DNA of 64,000 bases from assembly GCA_964637315.1 (NCBI GenBank), contig CAZWTT010000001.1, positions 149,366 through 213,365 on the forward strand, given 5' to 3'. This DNA comes from an uncultured Dehalococcoidia bacterium. Lineage in GTDB: Bacteria; Chloroflexota; Dehalococcoidia; Lucifugimonadales; UBA2962. This document shows positions 40,500-50,845 of this stretch, in pieces. Made by a program: the position numbers and the translations under genes. The notes beneath the pieces were generated by a model. That model was not told where the DNA came from, did no database searches, and saw only the letters and a program-made list of their open reading frames with translations. Each line of letters opens with the position of its first letter. Positions within the stretch are counted from its first letter, which is position 1.

Positions 40500-41477
40500 T
40501 CAGCCGCTCCTGAGTTCTCGTACGGTCGCGAGGAAGGCTGGTAGCACCGCCTTCCAATCGCCCACCACCCCGTACCGGGATTCCTTGAAAATGTTCGCGC
40601 TCTCGTCGCTGTTTATAGAGACGATGTTCTTCGCCCCGGAGCAGCCGGACATGTGCTGGCTGGCGCCGGAGATACCCACCGTTATGTAGATGTCCGGCGT
40701 AATGGTCTTGCCTGTTAGACCCACCTGGGACGCATGGTCGATCCAGCCGGCGTCACAGGCCGCTCGGGACGCACCCACCGCACCGCCGAGGAGAGTCGCC
40801 AGATCGGCAAGATGCTCAAACGGCTCTGGCCCGCCTAGTCCCCTTCCTCCACTCACGACCGCGGCCGCATCTTCCAGCCTGATGCCGGTGGTGGTCTGGA
40901 CTACCTTTCGTATGGAACGAACCCGAACCCGGCCCGGATCGATCTTGGGCTCCATCTCAACGATCTCGCCGGTGCGCGTGGAGTCCGCGTCGAGGGGCTC
41001 GTATACCTTGCCCCGGACTATCGCCACGCCTGTTTGACCCGGCCCGAACGACATTCGCGCCACCGCGTTGCCGCCGTAGACGGGCCTGGTGGCCGTCAAC
41101 CGGCCGTCGGAATCGAGGCCGACCGCCGTGCAGTCCTGTGCCAGCGCCGCGCCGATGCGGGTCGCCAGTCGAGGGCCGATATCGGCTCCGGCATCCGTCT
41201 TTGACAACAGCACCGCTGAAGGGTCGCTCTCACTGCATACAAGTTCGTAAGCTTGCAGTGTGCCATCCAGACCGGCTCTGGCCAGAGCCTCGCCGCCGAA
41301 CAGGTAGACGCGGTTCGCGCCCAGTGCGATCGTCTGTTCGGCGGTGTCTTGGTCGCCGACCAGGGCCAGATCGACCTCTTCCCCGAGGGTGCGCGCCAGG
41401 GCGATGAGCTCGCCGGTGCCCGGATCTAATTGCGACGAGTCGTCCAGCTCTCCGATGACGAGTACGCGCTCGATCAG
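40500..41477 (-). CDS. etfA: Electron transfer flavoprotein alpha subunit; probable CTG start
   Basis: Frame is open from 41477 (LIERVLVIGE...); VSGGRGLG, GASRAA, QVGLTGK, GISGASQH. Confidence 0.93.
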   Translation of the reverse strand: MIERVLVIGELDDSSQLDPGTGELIALARTLGEEVDLALVGDQDTAEQTIALGANRVYLFGGEALARAGLDGTLQAYELVCSESDPSAVLLSKTDAGADIGPRLATRIGAALAQDCTAVGLDSDGRLTATRPVYGGNAVARMSFGPGQTGVAIVRGKVYEPLDADSTRTGEIVEMEPKIDPGRVRVRSIRKVVQTTTGIRLEDAAAVVSGGRGLGGPEPFEHLADLATLLGGAVGASRAACDAGWIDHASQVGLTGKTITPDIYITVGISGASQHMSGCSGAKNIVSINSDESANIFKESRYGVVGDWKAVLPAFLATVRELRSG

Positions 41478-42280
41478 ATCAAACCGTCCTCTCTCAGCCT
41501 CAGGGCCAGCAGTCGACCGGAGTCTTCTTCACTGTCGCCCTCCACAAATTCACATCTGCGATCTGACTCGGGAACGTATATGTCCTCCAGTGTGAGCCTC
41601 GGTTTCAGTCGGTCGCTTTCCAACCCGAGGTCAGCAGGCGTGAGATAGGTGGGAGTCTTTTTCCCGGCGCCCATGATGCCTCGCAAAGTGGGGTAACGTG
41701 GCTCACCCAGCTCGTTGGTTACGGTGACCACGGCCGGCAGGTCGGCCTCCATCTCCTCGTAGCCGGAGGGAATGACTCGTTCGACTCTTGCCATCCCGTC
41801 CACCACAGTCACCGATTGGGCGACGGTGATGCAGGCCACTTCCAGCATCTCGGCCAAGATGAGGGGGACCTGGGCGTTGTCCCAGTCCGAGGCCTGCCTG
41901 CCGCACAGGACTAAATTGACGTCGCCGATGTCCCTAATGACATGGGACAGTACGTATGCGGTGGCGAACGGGTCCAGGTCCACTAGGGCCGGGTCCTCCA
42001 CCAGCACCAACTCGTCGGCGCCCATGGACAACGGTTTCTTCATGACCGGCACGATACCACCCGCATCAGTGAACCCGTGACCGACGGACAGGACGGTGAT
42101 ATGGGCGTCCGTCGAGTCCTTGATTCGGAGAGCGGCCTCGGTGGCGTTTTCGTCGAAGCCATTGACCACCGGCGGTATGCTCGGAGAGGAGGCCACTCGT
42201 CGTAGTTGCGGGTCGATCTTGAACGCCGAGACCGGGGTCTCGGGGTCGACTACCTGTTTGGCACAAACGACGATCTTCAC
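41474..42280 (-). CDS. etfB: Electron transfer flavoprotein beta subunit
   Basis: MKIVVCAKQVVD, FDENA.EAAL, MGAD, GRQASD, EPRYPTL. Confidence 0.94.
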   Translation of the reverse strand: MKIVVCAKQVVDPETPVSAFKIDPQLRRVASSPSIPPVVNGFDENATEAALRIKDSTDAHITVLSVGHGFTDAGGIVPVMKKPLSMGADELVLVEDPALVDLDPFATAYVLSHVIRDIGDVNLVLCGRQASDWDNAQVPLILAEMLEVACITVAQSVTVVDGMARVERVIPSGYEEMEADLPAVVTVTNELGEPRYPTLRGIMGAGKKTPTYLTPADLGLESDRLKPRLTLEDIYVPESDRRCEFVEGDSEEDSGRLLALRLREDGLI

Positions 42281-42557
42281 GGTGGCGGGCGGAATGTAGC
42301 ACCGCCTTGGGGAGGTGTCAATCCGGTTTGACGGCGCCGACGTGCGCCCTTTTTCAGGACGCCGTAATCTTAAATACGGGACTCGAAATCGTAGAACAAC
42401 CGTCCCACTAATAGACCTTCTCGGACCTTCTCTCATGGGTTCTGCATCGCACTATGGTGTGGTTAACGACCTTTGTGCAAACGGTCACTAACGTACCCCG
42501 GTGAGTCTGGGAAGGGAAATCTGGGCTGAAAATCAACCGAAATCTTTGAAAAAAGTA

Positions 42558-42577
42558 TTGACAAAGTTTCAAACTTT
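42558..42577 (+). promoter_or_regulatory. TTGACA -35 box with an adjacent perfect palindrome (putative operator)
   Basis: TTGACA at 42558-42563; AAAGTTT-C-AAACTTT at 42563-42577; -10 element unclear. Confidence 0.55.
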
Positions 42578-42657
42578 ATTTAGTTATTGTCCGAAAACTA
42601 ATTGGAATGGCGTTTTGGGCGACCAGACGATTCGTAACGCCGATGCGGAGGAACCAC

Positions 42658-43161
42658 ATGGTCATTCAGGCCACTCCTACAACCTTCAGGCCTGGAACGC
42701 CGCCACCGGTGGTGGTCAAGCCACGAGTGGAGCCGGGATCCAAGGTCATTCGACGCCCGGTACTCGTCCCTGGTACCCGGCTTCAGTGCCCCCGGTGCAG
42801 TGACACACTGGTAAAGGGCTTTAATGAGCCCGAGTGCCTAAAGTGTGGCTACGTCGATTACGGGTACGTGGACCGCTCCAAGAACAGTCGCCCGACGAAC
42901 CTCGTGAGCGCGGGCACACGGTACGTCCTGCGATACGTTGGCGACTCCAAGGGCCTGATGGAGACCCTGGCCTACGTACAAGCGGTTCGGCTGCGCAACC
43001 GGGCTGTGTACGAAGTATGCTGCCCATTCTGCTCGACCACCATGGAGCAGTCGTCCCTGTCTGGCAAGCGACGCGACATCCGGGAGGAACGTTTTAAGTG
43101 CGTGCAGGGGCATCGCGTGTCCCTCACCCCCGGCAGGAACAACTCGCTGGGCTGGAAGTAG
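42658..43161 (+). CDS. Hypothetical double zinc-ribbon protein
   Basis: GGAGGA SD; CPRC...CLKC and CPFC...CVQGH. Confidence 0.75.
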   Translation: MVIQATPTTFRPGTPPPVVVKPRVEPGSKVIRRPVLVPGTRLQCPRCSDTLVKGFNEPECLKCGYVDYGYVDRSKNSRPTNLVSAGTRYVLRYVGDSKGLMETLAYVQAVRLRNRAVYEVCCPFCSTTMEQSSLSGKRRDIREERFKCVQGHRVSLTPGRNNSLGWK

Positions 43162-43201
43162 TCGAACGTCTGACATCTGGCGAACACACCAGAGTCATAG
43201 G

Positions 43202-43233
43202 GACCGGGGAGCACCCAGCTCCCCGGTCTTTTT
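43202..43233 (+). terminator. Intrinsic terminator
   Basis: GACCGGGGAGC-ACCCA-GCTCCCCGGTC-TTTTT. Confidence 0.9.
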
Positions 43234-43283
43234 GTTGCCTACTCTCTTTTGTTTTGCTTACGGGGGCCAGTACACTGGCGCCC

Positions 43284-44150
43284 ATGACGTCGGTCGTGGA
43301 GTGGTGCGAACAAGCCGGGGGCGAGCCGGTATTTGTCTGTGATTTCTCCCCACCCAGGGGCGGCGACCCGGCCCTCTTGTCGAGCGCATCGGATATCCCG
43401 GCCGACTTAATATCCGTTGCGTACAATCCAGGTAAGTCACCAAGACTGAACTCGGTGGCCGGCGCCCACTGGATCGCCCAGAACACCGGACGGGACGTGC
43501 TGTTCACCGTCTCGACAAGGGACGTGAATAGGATGGCGATGCAGAGCCTGCTTCTAGGAGCTGACCTGCTGGGCCTGGAAAACGTCGTTGTTGTTAAAGG
43601 CGACCCGTTCCGAGGGAGGGACCTAGAGTGGGCGGTTTCGGTCGACGACTACCGACCGACCGGGCTAATCGCGGCGATAAACGACCTCAACGAGGGCCTC
43701 GATTTCAAGGGGCTTAAGCTGCGCTCCCGGTCCGGCTTCTGCGTGGGAGCTACTATCGACCTGAGATCGCGGTTGGACAGACAGGTCCAACTCACACGTC
43801 GCAAGGTGGAGTCCGGAGCCAGATACTTTCTGCTACAAGCCCTGTTCGAGCCGGAGCGGCTGACCACCTTTACCGAGGCCTACGCCGATGCCTGTGGCGA
43901 GGAGTTGGCGCGACCCATCTTCTGTGGCGTGCAGGTGCTGGTGCACGACGGCATAATTTTTGGCGATCCGCCGAAGTGGGTGTCGGATGAGTTAGCAAAA
44001 GGCCGAGATGGGGTGGAAATAGCCGTTGAGTTGATCGGGCGCTATGCCGACGCTGGATACAAGAACGTGTATCTCGTGCCACCGATCTTCAAAGGAGGCC
44101 GGAGAGACTACGAGTCGGCGGCCCGGGTCTTGCAGGCGTTCGGCCGATGA
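43284..44150 (+). CDS. metF: Methylenetetrahydrofolate reductase family protein
   Basis: DFSPPRG, TRDVNR.A.QS.LLGA..LG..NV..VKGD, KVESGA.YF..Q. Confidence 0.8.
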   Translation: MTSVVEWCEQAGGEPVFVCDFSPPRGGDPALLSSASDIPADLISVAYNPGKSPRLNSVAGAHWIAQNTGRDVLFTVSTRDVNRMAMQSLLLGADLLGLENVVVVKGDPFRGRDLEWAVSVDDYRPTGLIAAINDLNEGLDFKGLKLRSRSGFCVGATIDLRSRLDRQVQLTRRKVESGARYFLLQALFEPERLTTFTEAYADACGEELARPIFCGVQVLVHDGIIFGDPPKWVSDELAKGRDGVEIAVELIGRYADAGYKNVYLVPPIFKGGRRDYESAARVLQAFGR

Positions 44151-44225
44151 GGAAGCTGACAGGTTGAGTAGCTCAATCTGGCCAGGGCTGGTAGCAAACC
44201 AATAGATGAATCGCGAGGGATAACA

Positions 44226-45419
44226 ATGCCTGTGTATGAGGATTTTGGGATTAGGACGATCATCAACGTGTCCGGGCTTTCGACTCGGGTGAGCGGCGCT
44301 CTCATGCCGCCGGCGGTAGTGGACGCGATGGCCGACGCGGCGACCGAGTCGGTGTCCATGGTCGATCTGCAGGCCGGGGCCAGCCGCTACCTGGCCGAGG
44401 TAACGGGGGCAGAAGCGGGCTATGTGACCGCGGGAGCCTCCTCCAGCTTGACGCTGGCCTCCGCGGCCATCCTGGCCGGGCTGGACCCGGGAATAATGGA
44501 TCGACTCCCGGATACGACTGGGATAAAAAACGAGTTCATCGTCGCCCGTGAGCACCGCAGCGGATACGATCATGCTGCTCGTCTCGCCGGTGCGAAGATG
44601 GTGGAGGTGGGCATGAACGAGGTGGTCGCCAATGCCGGTGTCCGCCGCACCGAGCCCTGGGAATACGAGGCGGCGATAACTCCCAACACAGCCGCCATCT
44701 ATTACGCCAGCGGCCCCGATAGTGCCCCCCAATTGACTAAAGTAATTGAGGTGGCGAGAACGCACAGTCTGCCGGTGATAGTGGACGCCGCGGGCGAGCT
44801 ACCGCCCAAGGCAAACCTGCGCCGGTTCATCGAGGCGGGCGCGGATCTGGTCGCCTTTTCCGGGGGCAAGGCACTTCGGGGCCCGCAATCCAGCGGCATT
44901 TTGTGCGGGCGGCGGGACCTGATCGCCTCTGCCGCCCTGCAGCATCTGGACATGGACGAGCTTTTCGACATCTGGGACCCGCCTGCCGACTTCATACCCA
45001 AGGACTCGCTGCCTGGCATCCCCAGGCAGGGCATCGGGCGTGGCTTCAAGGTGGCTAAGGAGGAGGTGGCGGCCATGCTCACCGCCCTGAAGATCTTCGT
45101 CGAGGACGGCTACGACGACAGCTACGAAGAGCAGCGCGGCTATCTCGAGTACCTGGTCGATGGGCTGAGCGGGCTCCCTGCGGAGGTGGTGATCGATGTG
45201 CCGGACGAAGGCTCGCCGGTTCTAAATCTCGCCTTGGATGAAGAGGCGCTGGGTCGGACGGCTTACGAGGTCGCTCACCAGCTTAAGAACGGCGACCCGA
45301 GAGTCTTCGTGCAGGAAACTGGCCTTGCCGAGGCCGCCCTCGTCGTCAATCCCATCAACCTCAACCAGGCCCGCACCGAAGCTCTCGCCGAGGCTCTGAG
45401 GCAGGTACTAAAAAGCTAA
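44226..45419 (+). CDS. SelA-like PLP-dependent enzyme (DgaE-related)
   Basis: IINVSG..T..SG, VDAAGE, FSGGKALRGPQ, GIGRGFKVAKEE; lacks the long N-terminus of true SelA. Confidence 0.82.
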   Translation: MPVYEDFGIRTIINVSGLSTRVSGALMPPAVVDAMADAATESVSMVDLQAGASRYLAEVTGAEAGYVTAGASSSLTLASAAILAGLDPGIMDRLPDTTGIKNEFIVAREHRSGYDHAARLAGAKMVEVGMNEVVANAGVRRTEPWEYEAAITPNTAAIYYASGPDSAPQLTKVIEVARTHSLPVIVDAAGELPPKANLRRFIEAGADLVAFSGGKALRGPQSSGILCGRRDLIASAALQHLDMDELFDIWDPPADFIPKDSLPGIPRQGIGRGFKVAKEEVAAMLTALKIFVEDGYDDSYEEQRGYLEYLVDGLSGLPAEVVIDVPDEGSPVLNLALDEEALGRTAYEVAHQLKNGDPRVFVQETGLAEAALVVNPINLNQARTEALAEALRQVLKS

Positions 45420-45821
45420 TCGTCCACGCCTAGTCCGGCCGTTTGTGTCGGGTCTAAGCTGGAGCGTAACCTCCTCCAGTGGGCGACCAGTTCGCTTCGC
45501 TCCCCCCTGGAAGATGCCTAGCAGGGGAAACGTGTCCAAGCCGGTGTCGGTGATCACCGCCTCCATGTCACTGACCCAGGCGTCGAAGGACTGGCCGGGA
45601 ACCGATCGGTCGGACAGCCCGGAGCCAAGCTGATCGAATCGGAATAGCAGGTAGTCCTTGCTCAGCTCTTCCCACCAATGCCGCCAAACCGGACTACTCC
45701 ACTCGTATTCGAGGTGGGTCAGCCAGTTCGAGGCCTTGACCAGCGGCGGACCGGAGCCGACGAGGGAGTACGCGATGCGCATCCCGTCGGTGGTGGTGCA
45801 GAAACGGATCTCCTGTTCCAT
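45408..45821 (-). pseudogene. Truncated alpha/beta hydrolase (N-terminal domain of hydrolase-LuxR/cyclase fusions)
   Basis: QEIRFCTT.DG.RIAY...GSGPPLVKA.NWLTHLE; nucleophile motif GIFQGG has Ser replaced by Phe; homology ends at about residue 110. Confidence 0.78.
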
Positions 45822-45855
45822 GCCAGTGGCCCGTCAGGTTGTGAACCCGCCGGAT

Positions 45856-47550
45856 TCAACCGGTGACGGCTCCCTTGGAGGCCGAAGAAACGAGCTTGGC
45901 GTACTTCGCCAGTACGCCACGGGTGTAGTGCGGTGCGGGTGCGGTCCAGGCCTCGCGGCGCCGGGCCAACTCCTCGTCCGTGACCTTGATCGATAGCTCG
46001 CGGGTCGCCACGTCCATGGCCACGGTGTCGCCGTCTTGCACCAGCGCGATGGCTCCCCCGACCATGGCCTCCGGCGCGATGTGGCCGATCATCGGCCCAC
46101 GGGTGGCGCCGGAGAAGCGGCCGTCGGTCAGGAGCAGGGTGGTCTCTCCGAGTCCCGCGCCCATGATGGCGCCGGTGAGGGCGAGCATCTCCTGCATCCC
46201 GGGGCCGCCTTTTGGCCCCTCGTAGCGAACGATGATGACGTCGCCGTCGTTTATCTCGCCGCCGGTGACGGCGTTAAAAGCTCCACGCTCGGAGTTGAAT
46301 ACACGGGCCGGGCCCTCGTGCCGGTAGTGCTTGGTTCCCGACACCTTCATGACCGCGCCCTCGGGTGCGATGTTGCCCTTCAATATCACGAGCCCTCCTG
46401 TGGGGCTACGCGGGTTGTCTATCGGATATATAACCTTGCTGTCGGGCCGTCCTCCCGTGGCGGCGAAGTCATCGGCGAGGTTCTCGGCGATTGTCTTGCC
46501 GGTGACGGTGATGCAGTCACCGTGCAGCAGGTCGGCCTTCATTAACTCTCGCATCAGGGTGGGCACGCCGCCGGTCCTGTCCATGTCGGGCATGACGTAG
46601 CGACCACCTGGACGAAGGTCGGTGAGGTAGGGTGTGACGCGGCTCAGGCGGTCGAAGTCGTCGATGTCCAGCGGCGCCTCCGCCTCGTTGGCGATGGCCA
46701 GCAGGTGCAGGACTGCGTTGGTCGAGCCGCCCATTGAAAGCACCACGGTAATGGCGTTCTCAAAGGCCTCACGGGTCAGGATGTCCTTTGGCTTTAGGTC
46801 TCGCGCCAGGAGCATCTGCATGGCCGGCCCGGCGAGCCGCGCGGCGTCTAGGTTGCGAGAGTCGACGGCCGGTATGGAGGCGGTGCCGGGGAGAGCCATT
46901 CCCATCGCCTCTATGGCCGAGGCCATGGTGTTGGCGGTGAACATGCCGCTGCACGCGCCCTCGCCGGGGCAGGCGATCCGCTCCATGGCGATCAGCTCCT
47001 CAAGCGTTAGCGTGCCCTGCGAGTGGGCACCCACCGCCTCGAACATGTCCTGGACGTTGATGTCCTTGCCTAGGTAGTTTCCGGCCAAGATGGCCCCGCC
47101 GTAGACGAAGATGGACGGCACGTTCAGCCGTGCCATCGCCATCAGGGCGCCGGGCATGTTCTTATCGCAGGCCGCCACCACGATAAGCCCGTCCATGCTC
47201 TCTCCGAACACGACCGTTTCGATGGAGTCCGCGATCACCTCCCGGCTGACGAGAGAGGCCTTCATGCCCTCGGTGCCCATGGAGATGCCGTCACTCACGG
47301 TGATGGTGCCGAACATGAACGGCACCGACTCGGCCGCCCGCACGCCCTGTTTAGCCGCCTGGGCGATGCGGTCGAGGTGGACGTTGCAGGGAGTGACGTC
47401 GCTGGCCAGGTTGGCGACGGCGACGAAGGGTTTTTCGAAGTCCGCATCGTCGAGGCCGGCGCCCCTTAGCATGGCCCTGGCGGCCGCTCGGTCGGGCCCG
47501 TCTATCTGGACGGCGCTATGACGCCTGAGGTTGGGTTTGGTGGTAGTCAT
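45856..47550 (-). CDS. ilvD: Dihydroxy-acid dehydratase
   Basis: [45 protein letters not shown]. Confidence 0.97.
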   Translation of the reverse strand: MTTTKPNLRRHSAVQIDGPDRAAARAMLRGAGLDDADFEKPFVAVANLASDVTPCNVHLDRIAQAAKQGVRAAESVPFMFGTITVSDGISMGTEGMKASLVSREVIADSIETVVFGESMDGLIVVAACDKNMPGALMAMARLNVPSIFVYGGAILAGNYLGKDINVQDMFEAVGAHSQGTLTLEELIAMERIACPGEGACSGMFTANTMASAIEAMGMALPGTASIPAVDSRNLDAARLAGPAMQMLLARDLKPKDILTREAFENAITVVLSMGGSTNAVLHLLAIANEAEAPLDIDDFDRLSRVTPYLTDLRPGGRYVMPDMDRTGGVPTLMRELMKADLLHGDCITVTGKTIAENLADDFAATGGRPDSKVIYPIDNPRSPTGGLVILKGNIAPEGAVMKVSGTKHYRHEGPARVFNSERGAFNAVTGGEINDGDVIIVRYEGPKGGPGMQEMLALTGAIMGAGLGETTLLLTDGRFSGATRGPMIGHIAPEAMVGGAIALVQDGDTVAMDVATRELSIKVTDEELARRREAWTAPAPHYTRGVLAKYAKLVSSASKGAVTG

Positions 47551-47587
47551 TAAGGGAGACTCTCCATTCAGGTTTGGGAAGCGGACA

Positions 47588-48682
47588 TTATAGCGTCGCC
47601 CCATCGGTGGGCCGACCGATCCTGCGGCCCTTGATCACACCGTTTGCCAGGAAGACGATTCCGCCGAAGACGATCACGCTCAGCAACGTGATCGAGCGGT
47701 CCAGCACCGCGACCGAAGCGGCGTCCGATTTGGGCATGCTAAGGACGAGGAGGCCGGTCATGCCCGTCTCGACCGCCCCGACGCCCCCCGGTGTTGGAAC
47801 GGTGCTGAGGAGGGCATGGCCGAGGGCCACGATCATGACCATCGGCAGGCTCAGGGTCAGGCCGAGTGCCTGCACGACGAAGTAGAGGCGGGCTGCCTCT
47901 AGGCCCCAACCGATTACGCTGAGCACGGTGAGAAGGGGTAGCTGACGGAGCTCGATGCTCCCGATTGTGCCCTGGTGAAAGCCACGATAAATACGCGCCA
48001 GGGTGCTCGGAAGAAGCCTAGCAAACCTCATGCCGAACAGGCGCATCGCCAGCAGCAGCCCAACGAGCCCGACAGACATGCCCGCGGCCGCGATTAGCAG
48101 GTAACGCAGCACGGTGATGTCGGTGGTCGCGGTGGCCACTAGGATGGCTATGATCAGCAGGAGCGCCACGGTGGCCATATCCAGCATCCGTTCGGCTAGC
48201 AAAGTGCCCAGCCCCCAGGAAAAACCGCCCCTAGAGTCGTCCGAGAAGGCCCAGGCCCGGTAAGCGTCACCCAGCCGAAGCCAGGCGATGGTGTTGACGA
48301 ACCATCCCATGATGATGAGCTGGGAGAAGCGCAGGACGGAAGGTAACCGGATCGTCTTTCCCTCGGGGTCCGCCTTGGCGGCGGCGCTGCGTGCGAGCAC
48401 CCTCCACCGGTAACCCCGGAATACGAAGCTCAAGTAATACAGAGCCATGGCGATCACGTACGGCCACGCCTTCATGTCGCCGATGTTTTGCAGGGTGGCC
48501 GACCAGTCCAAGTCTATGCCAGAGGCGATGAAGAAAATGAACGCCCCGGCTATTCCCAGGGAGAGAAGTGTCGGGAGAGAAAAGATGCGCCGACCAAGGG
48601 TCGAGCGCAGATCTATTTCGGCGCCCGTTTCGTCGGACGATCGGAGCAGTCCTACGAATCGCGCGAGTCGTGAGAGTCGCAT
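47588..48682 (-). CDS. Lysylphosphatidylglycerol synthase TM-domain (UPF0104) flippase-like protein
   Basis: [30 protein letters not shown] motifs. Confidence 0.87.
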   Translation of the reverse strand: MRLSRLARFVGLLRSSDETGAEIDLRSTLGRRIFSLPTLLSLGIAGAFIFFIASGIDLDWSATLQNIGDMKAWPYVIAMALYYLSFVFRGYRWRVLARSAAAKADPEGKTIRLPSVLRFSQLIIMGWFVNTIAWLRLGDAYRAWAFSDDSRGGFSWGLGTLLAERMLDMATVALLLIIAILVATATTDITVLRYLLIAAAGMSVGLVGLLLAMRLFGMRFARLLPSTLARIYRGFHQGTIGSIELRQLPLLTVLSVIGWGLEAARLYFVVQALGLTLSLPMVMIVALGHALLSTVPTPGGVGAVETGMTGLLVLSMPKSDAASVAVLDRSITLLSVIVFGGIVFLANGVIKGRRIGRPTDGATL

Positions 48683-48695
48683 CAGCTATGGCATT

Positions 48696-49415
48696 CTACA
48701 GTGGACGTTTGCGCGGAATCCCCTCCCGCCTCGGGTAGCGAACGGGCGTGGGGCCGATCTTCGGGATGACGACCAAGCGCGCACCGCCGCCTCCACCGAC
48801 CAGCACGTCGTCGATCTCGACCACTCGCGCGTCTCCTCCGCCGGTGGCCTTAATCGCGCTGGCAGCCGCCGTAAGCTCGGGCTCGACACCCAGTCCCTTG
48901 TAGGCGACGCACACGCCGTCGACCCGGCAGAATGGGAGCATCAGTTCGGCCACGGTGGCCAGCCGGGCTACGGCACGGGAGACCACTATGTCAAAACCCT
49001 CCCGGAGCGACGAGTCATGCGCCAGGCCCTCCGCACGCCCACCCGCCACCGTCACGTTCGCCAACCCGAGCTCCCGTTTTACCGTCTGCAAAAAGGCGAC
49101 TTTCTTACCGGTTACTTCGAGTAGCGTCACCTTGCAGTTTGGGAAGGCTATGGCGATAGGGATGCCGGGCAGGCCGGCCCCGGAGCCGACGTCCAGCAGG
49201 CTCGATCGGGATAGGCGGTCGGACTCCACGGCGGCGGCGAGTGTGAGCGAGTCGAGGAAGTGCCGATTCCGTACCTCGTCAAGCCCGGTAGCGGAGATCA
49301 GATTGGCTCTCCTGTTCCCCCCGGTCAGCAGGTCGAGGTAGTTCTGCAACTGGTCGAGTTGCTCTTCGCTCAAGGCCAGTCCAAGACGACCGGCGCCGTC
49401 GTTAATTGTGTTCAG
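48696..49415 (-). CDS. rsmG: 16S rRNA m7G527 methyltransferase; probable CTG start
   Basis: RHFLDSL, DVGSGAGLPGIP, GRAE, SRAVA, YPRREGIPRKRPL. Confidence 0.93.
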   Translation of the reverse strand: MNTINDGAGRLGLALSEEQLDQLQNYLDLLTGGNRRANLISATGLDEVRNRHFLDSLTLAAAVESDRLSRSSLLDVGSGAGLPGIPIAIAFPNCKVTLLEVTGKKVAFLQTVKRELGLANVTVAGGRAEGLAHDSSLREGFDIVVSRAVARLATVAELMLPFCRVDGVCVAYKGLGVEPELTAAASAIKATGGGDARVVEIDDVLVGGGGGARLVVIPKIGPTPVRYPRREGIPRKRPL

Positions 49416-50037
49416 GAGAAGCCTTGTCGCCAGGGGCTGGCCGGCCTGGCGCCTGCGCGGCCACCGGTTCGGCAGTACTAGCCCGGATTGCGCTGACGAC
49501 CCAGAAGACGGTGATGGCAAACATGGTCCCGCTGGGGATGTGCACGATCGACAGCGGGAAGCCCACGAAAGCCAGGGCGGTCATTGTCCAACCGGTGCGC
49601 ACCGGCACGATTTCCGACCAGACAAGGCCCAGGCCGTAGTAGAGGATGCCGAACTGAGCTAGGGCGACGCTCAGTAGATCGAGGTAGAAAAAGGCGGACT
49701 GGCTTCGCGTCGCTGGCGTAATGGCGAAGTTGTTGCCGTCGCTCCAGAACGCACCGATGTCGCCGACCAGCCCCAGGCAGAGGGCTCCGAACGCCAGCCA
49801 GAAGCCCAGGCGTCCCCAGAAAGCGGGCTTGGCTCTCAGGCGACGCCGGAACAGCAACATGCCGGCCAGCGCGCCGATGTAGATCGGGAAGTACATGCGG
49901 CCGATCAGCATGTACGAGTCTGACTCCGCTTGCCATGCCGCCATGAGGAAAGGAGTAACGGCGAGACCGAACCCGCCCGCCGCGATGGCGACCACGCGCA
50001 GCCGAGACGAGTTACTGAAATTTAAACTCAGATTCAC
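49402..50037 (-). CDS. Hypothetical membrane protein
   Basis: 211 aa with about 6 hydrophobic segments. Confidence 0.65.
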   Translation of the reverse strand: MNLSLNFSNSSRLRVVAIAAGGFGLAVTPFLMAAWQAESDSYMLIGRMYFPIYIGALAGMLLFRRRLRAKPAFWGRLGFWLAFGALCLGLVGDIGAFWSDGNNFAITPATRSQSAFFYLDLLSVALAQFGILYYGLGLVWSEIVPVRTGWTMTALAFVGFPLSIVHIPSGTMFAITVFWVVSAIRASTAEPVAAQAPGRPAPGDKASPEHN

Positions 50038-50170
50038 CAGACCAGCCTAATCTCAGCTCGAGCCCGGCGCAAAGGCTCTTCGCGACGGGGCGTCGAGATG
50101 CGAAGATGGACGCTGCGGGCACCCTGGGGCAAATGTCCTGGGTAACACGGGCCCAGCGAACCCGAAAACC

Positions 50171-50845
50171 ATGAACGACAGCCTCAGCGAGATCATACGC
50201 GCCGAGCACGCCGCTGCCTGGGAGCGGGTGGTCACTCACCCCCTGGTACAGGAGCTCGGCGACGGCACCCTGCCGATCAACAAGTTCCGTTCTTACTTCG
50301 TGCAGGACTATATCTTTGTGAAAGACTTGGTGGCGGTGATGGGACTGATGATCGCCAAGTCGCCGGATCTCGGTAGCGCCAGCGCGCCCATAAACCAGTT
50401 CCTAGAAGGTGTCCTGAACCCGGAGAATGACCTCTTTGTGCGTGCCCTGAATGAGCTCAACGCCACCGAGGAGGAGTTGACCGCTGCGGTGGCGTCGCCT
50501 GCGACCCAGGGATTCGTCGACTTCCTGGTCAGGGTTGGGCACGAGGGGACGTTCGACGAGATCGCCACCGTCCTGTACATAACCGAGGGGACGTATCTCG
50601 ACTGGGCGAGCCGCCTGATCGAGGCTGACCGAGTGCCCGACAACCGGTTCTACCGCGAATGGATCGACCTGCACGGCCCCGAGGCGCTCGGCGACATCGT
50701 GGACTGGCTCGCGAAACATCTCGATGCGATTCCGCCGGACCGAAGATCGGAGCGCACCGACTGGCTGGTTCGCACGGCACTGTCCTATGAGTTGATGTTC
50801 TGGGAGCAGGCGTATTCCGGGATGGGTTCGACGTGGCCGACGTAG
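50171..50845 (+). CDS. tenA: TenA family protein (TenA_E-like)
   Basis: HPLV.EL.DGTL..F.SY.VQDY.F, EGTY.DW, YREWIDLH, ELMFW. Confidence 0.88.
   Translation: MNDSLSEIIRAEHAAAWERVVTHPLVQELGDGTLPINKFRSYFVQDYIFVKDLVAVMGLMIAKSPDLGSASAPINQFLEGVLNPENDLFVRALNELNATEEELTAAVASPATQGFVDFLVRVGHEGTFDEIATVLYITEGTYLDWASRLIEADRVPDNRFYREWIDLHGPEALGDIVDWLAKHLDAIPPDRRSERTDWLVRTALSYELMFWEQAYSGMGSTWPT

Noticed and set aside
44226-45419. True selenocysteine synthase SelA
   Set aside because: Too short, lacks the SelA N-terminal domain, and no selB/selC/selD nearby; fits the SelA-like/DgaE family
50040-50170. TPP riboswitch near tenA-thiD
   Set aside because: GGGTGC...GCTGAGA occurs only on the minus strand and lacks the downstream ACCTGAT...GCGNAGG elements
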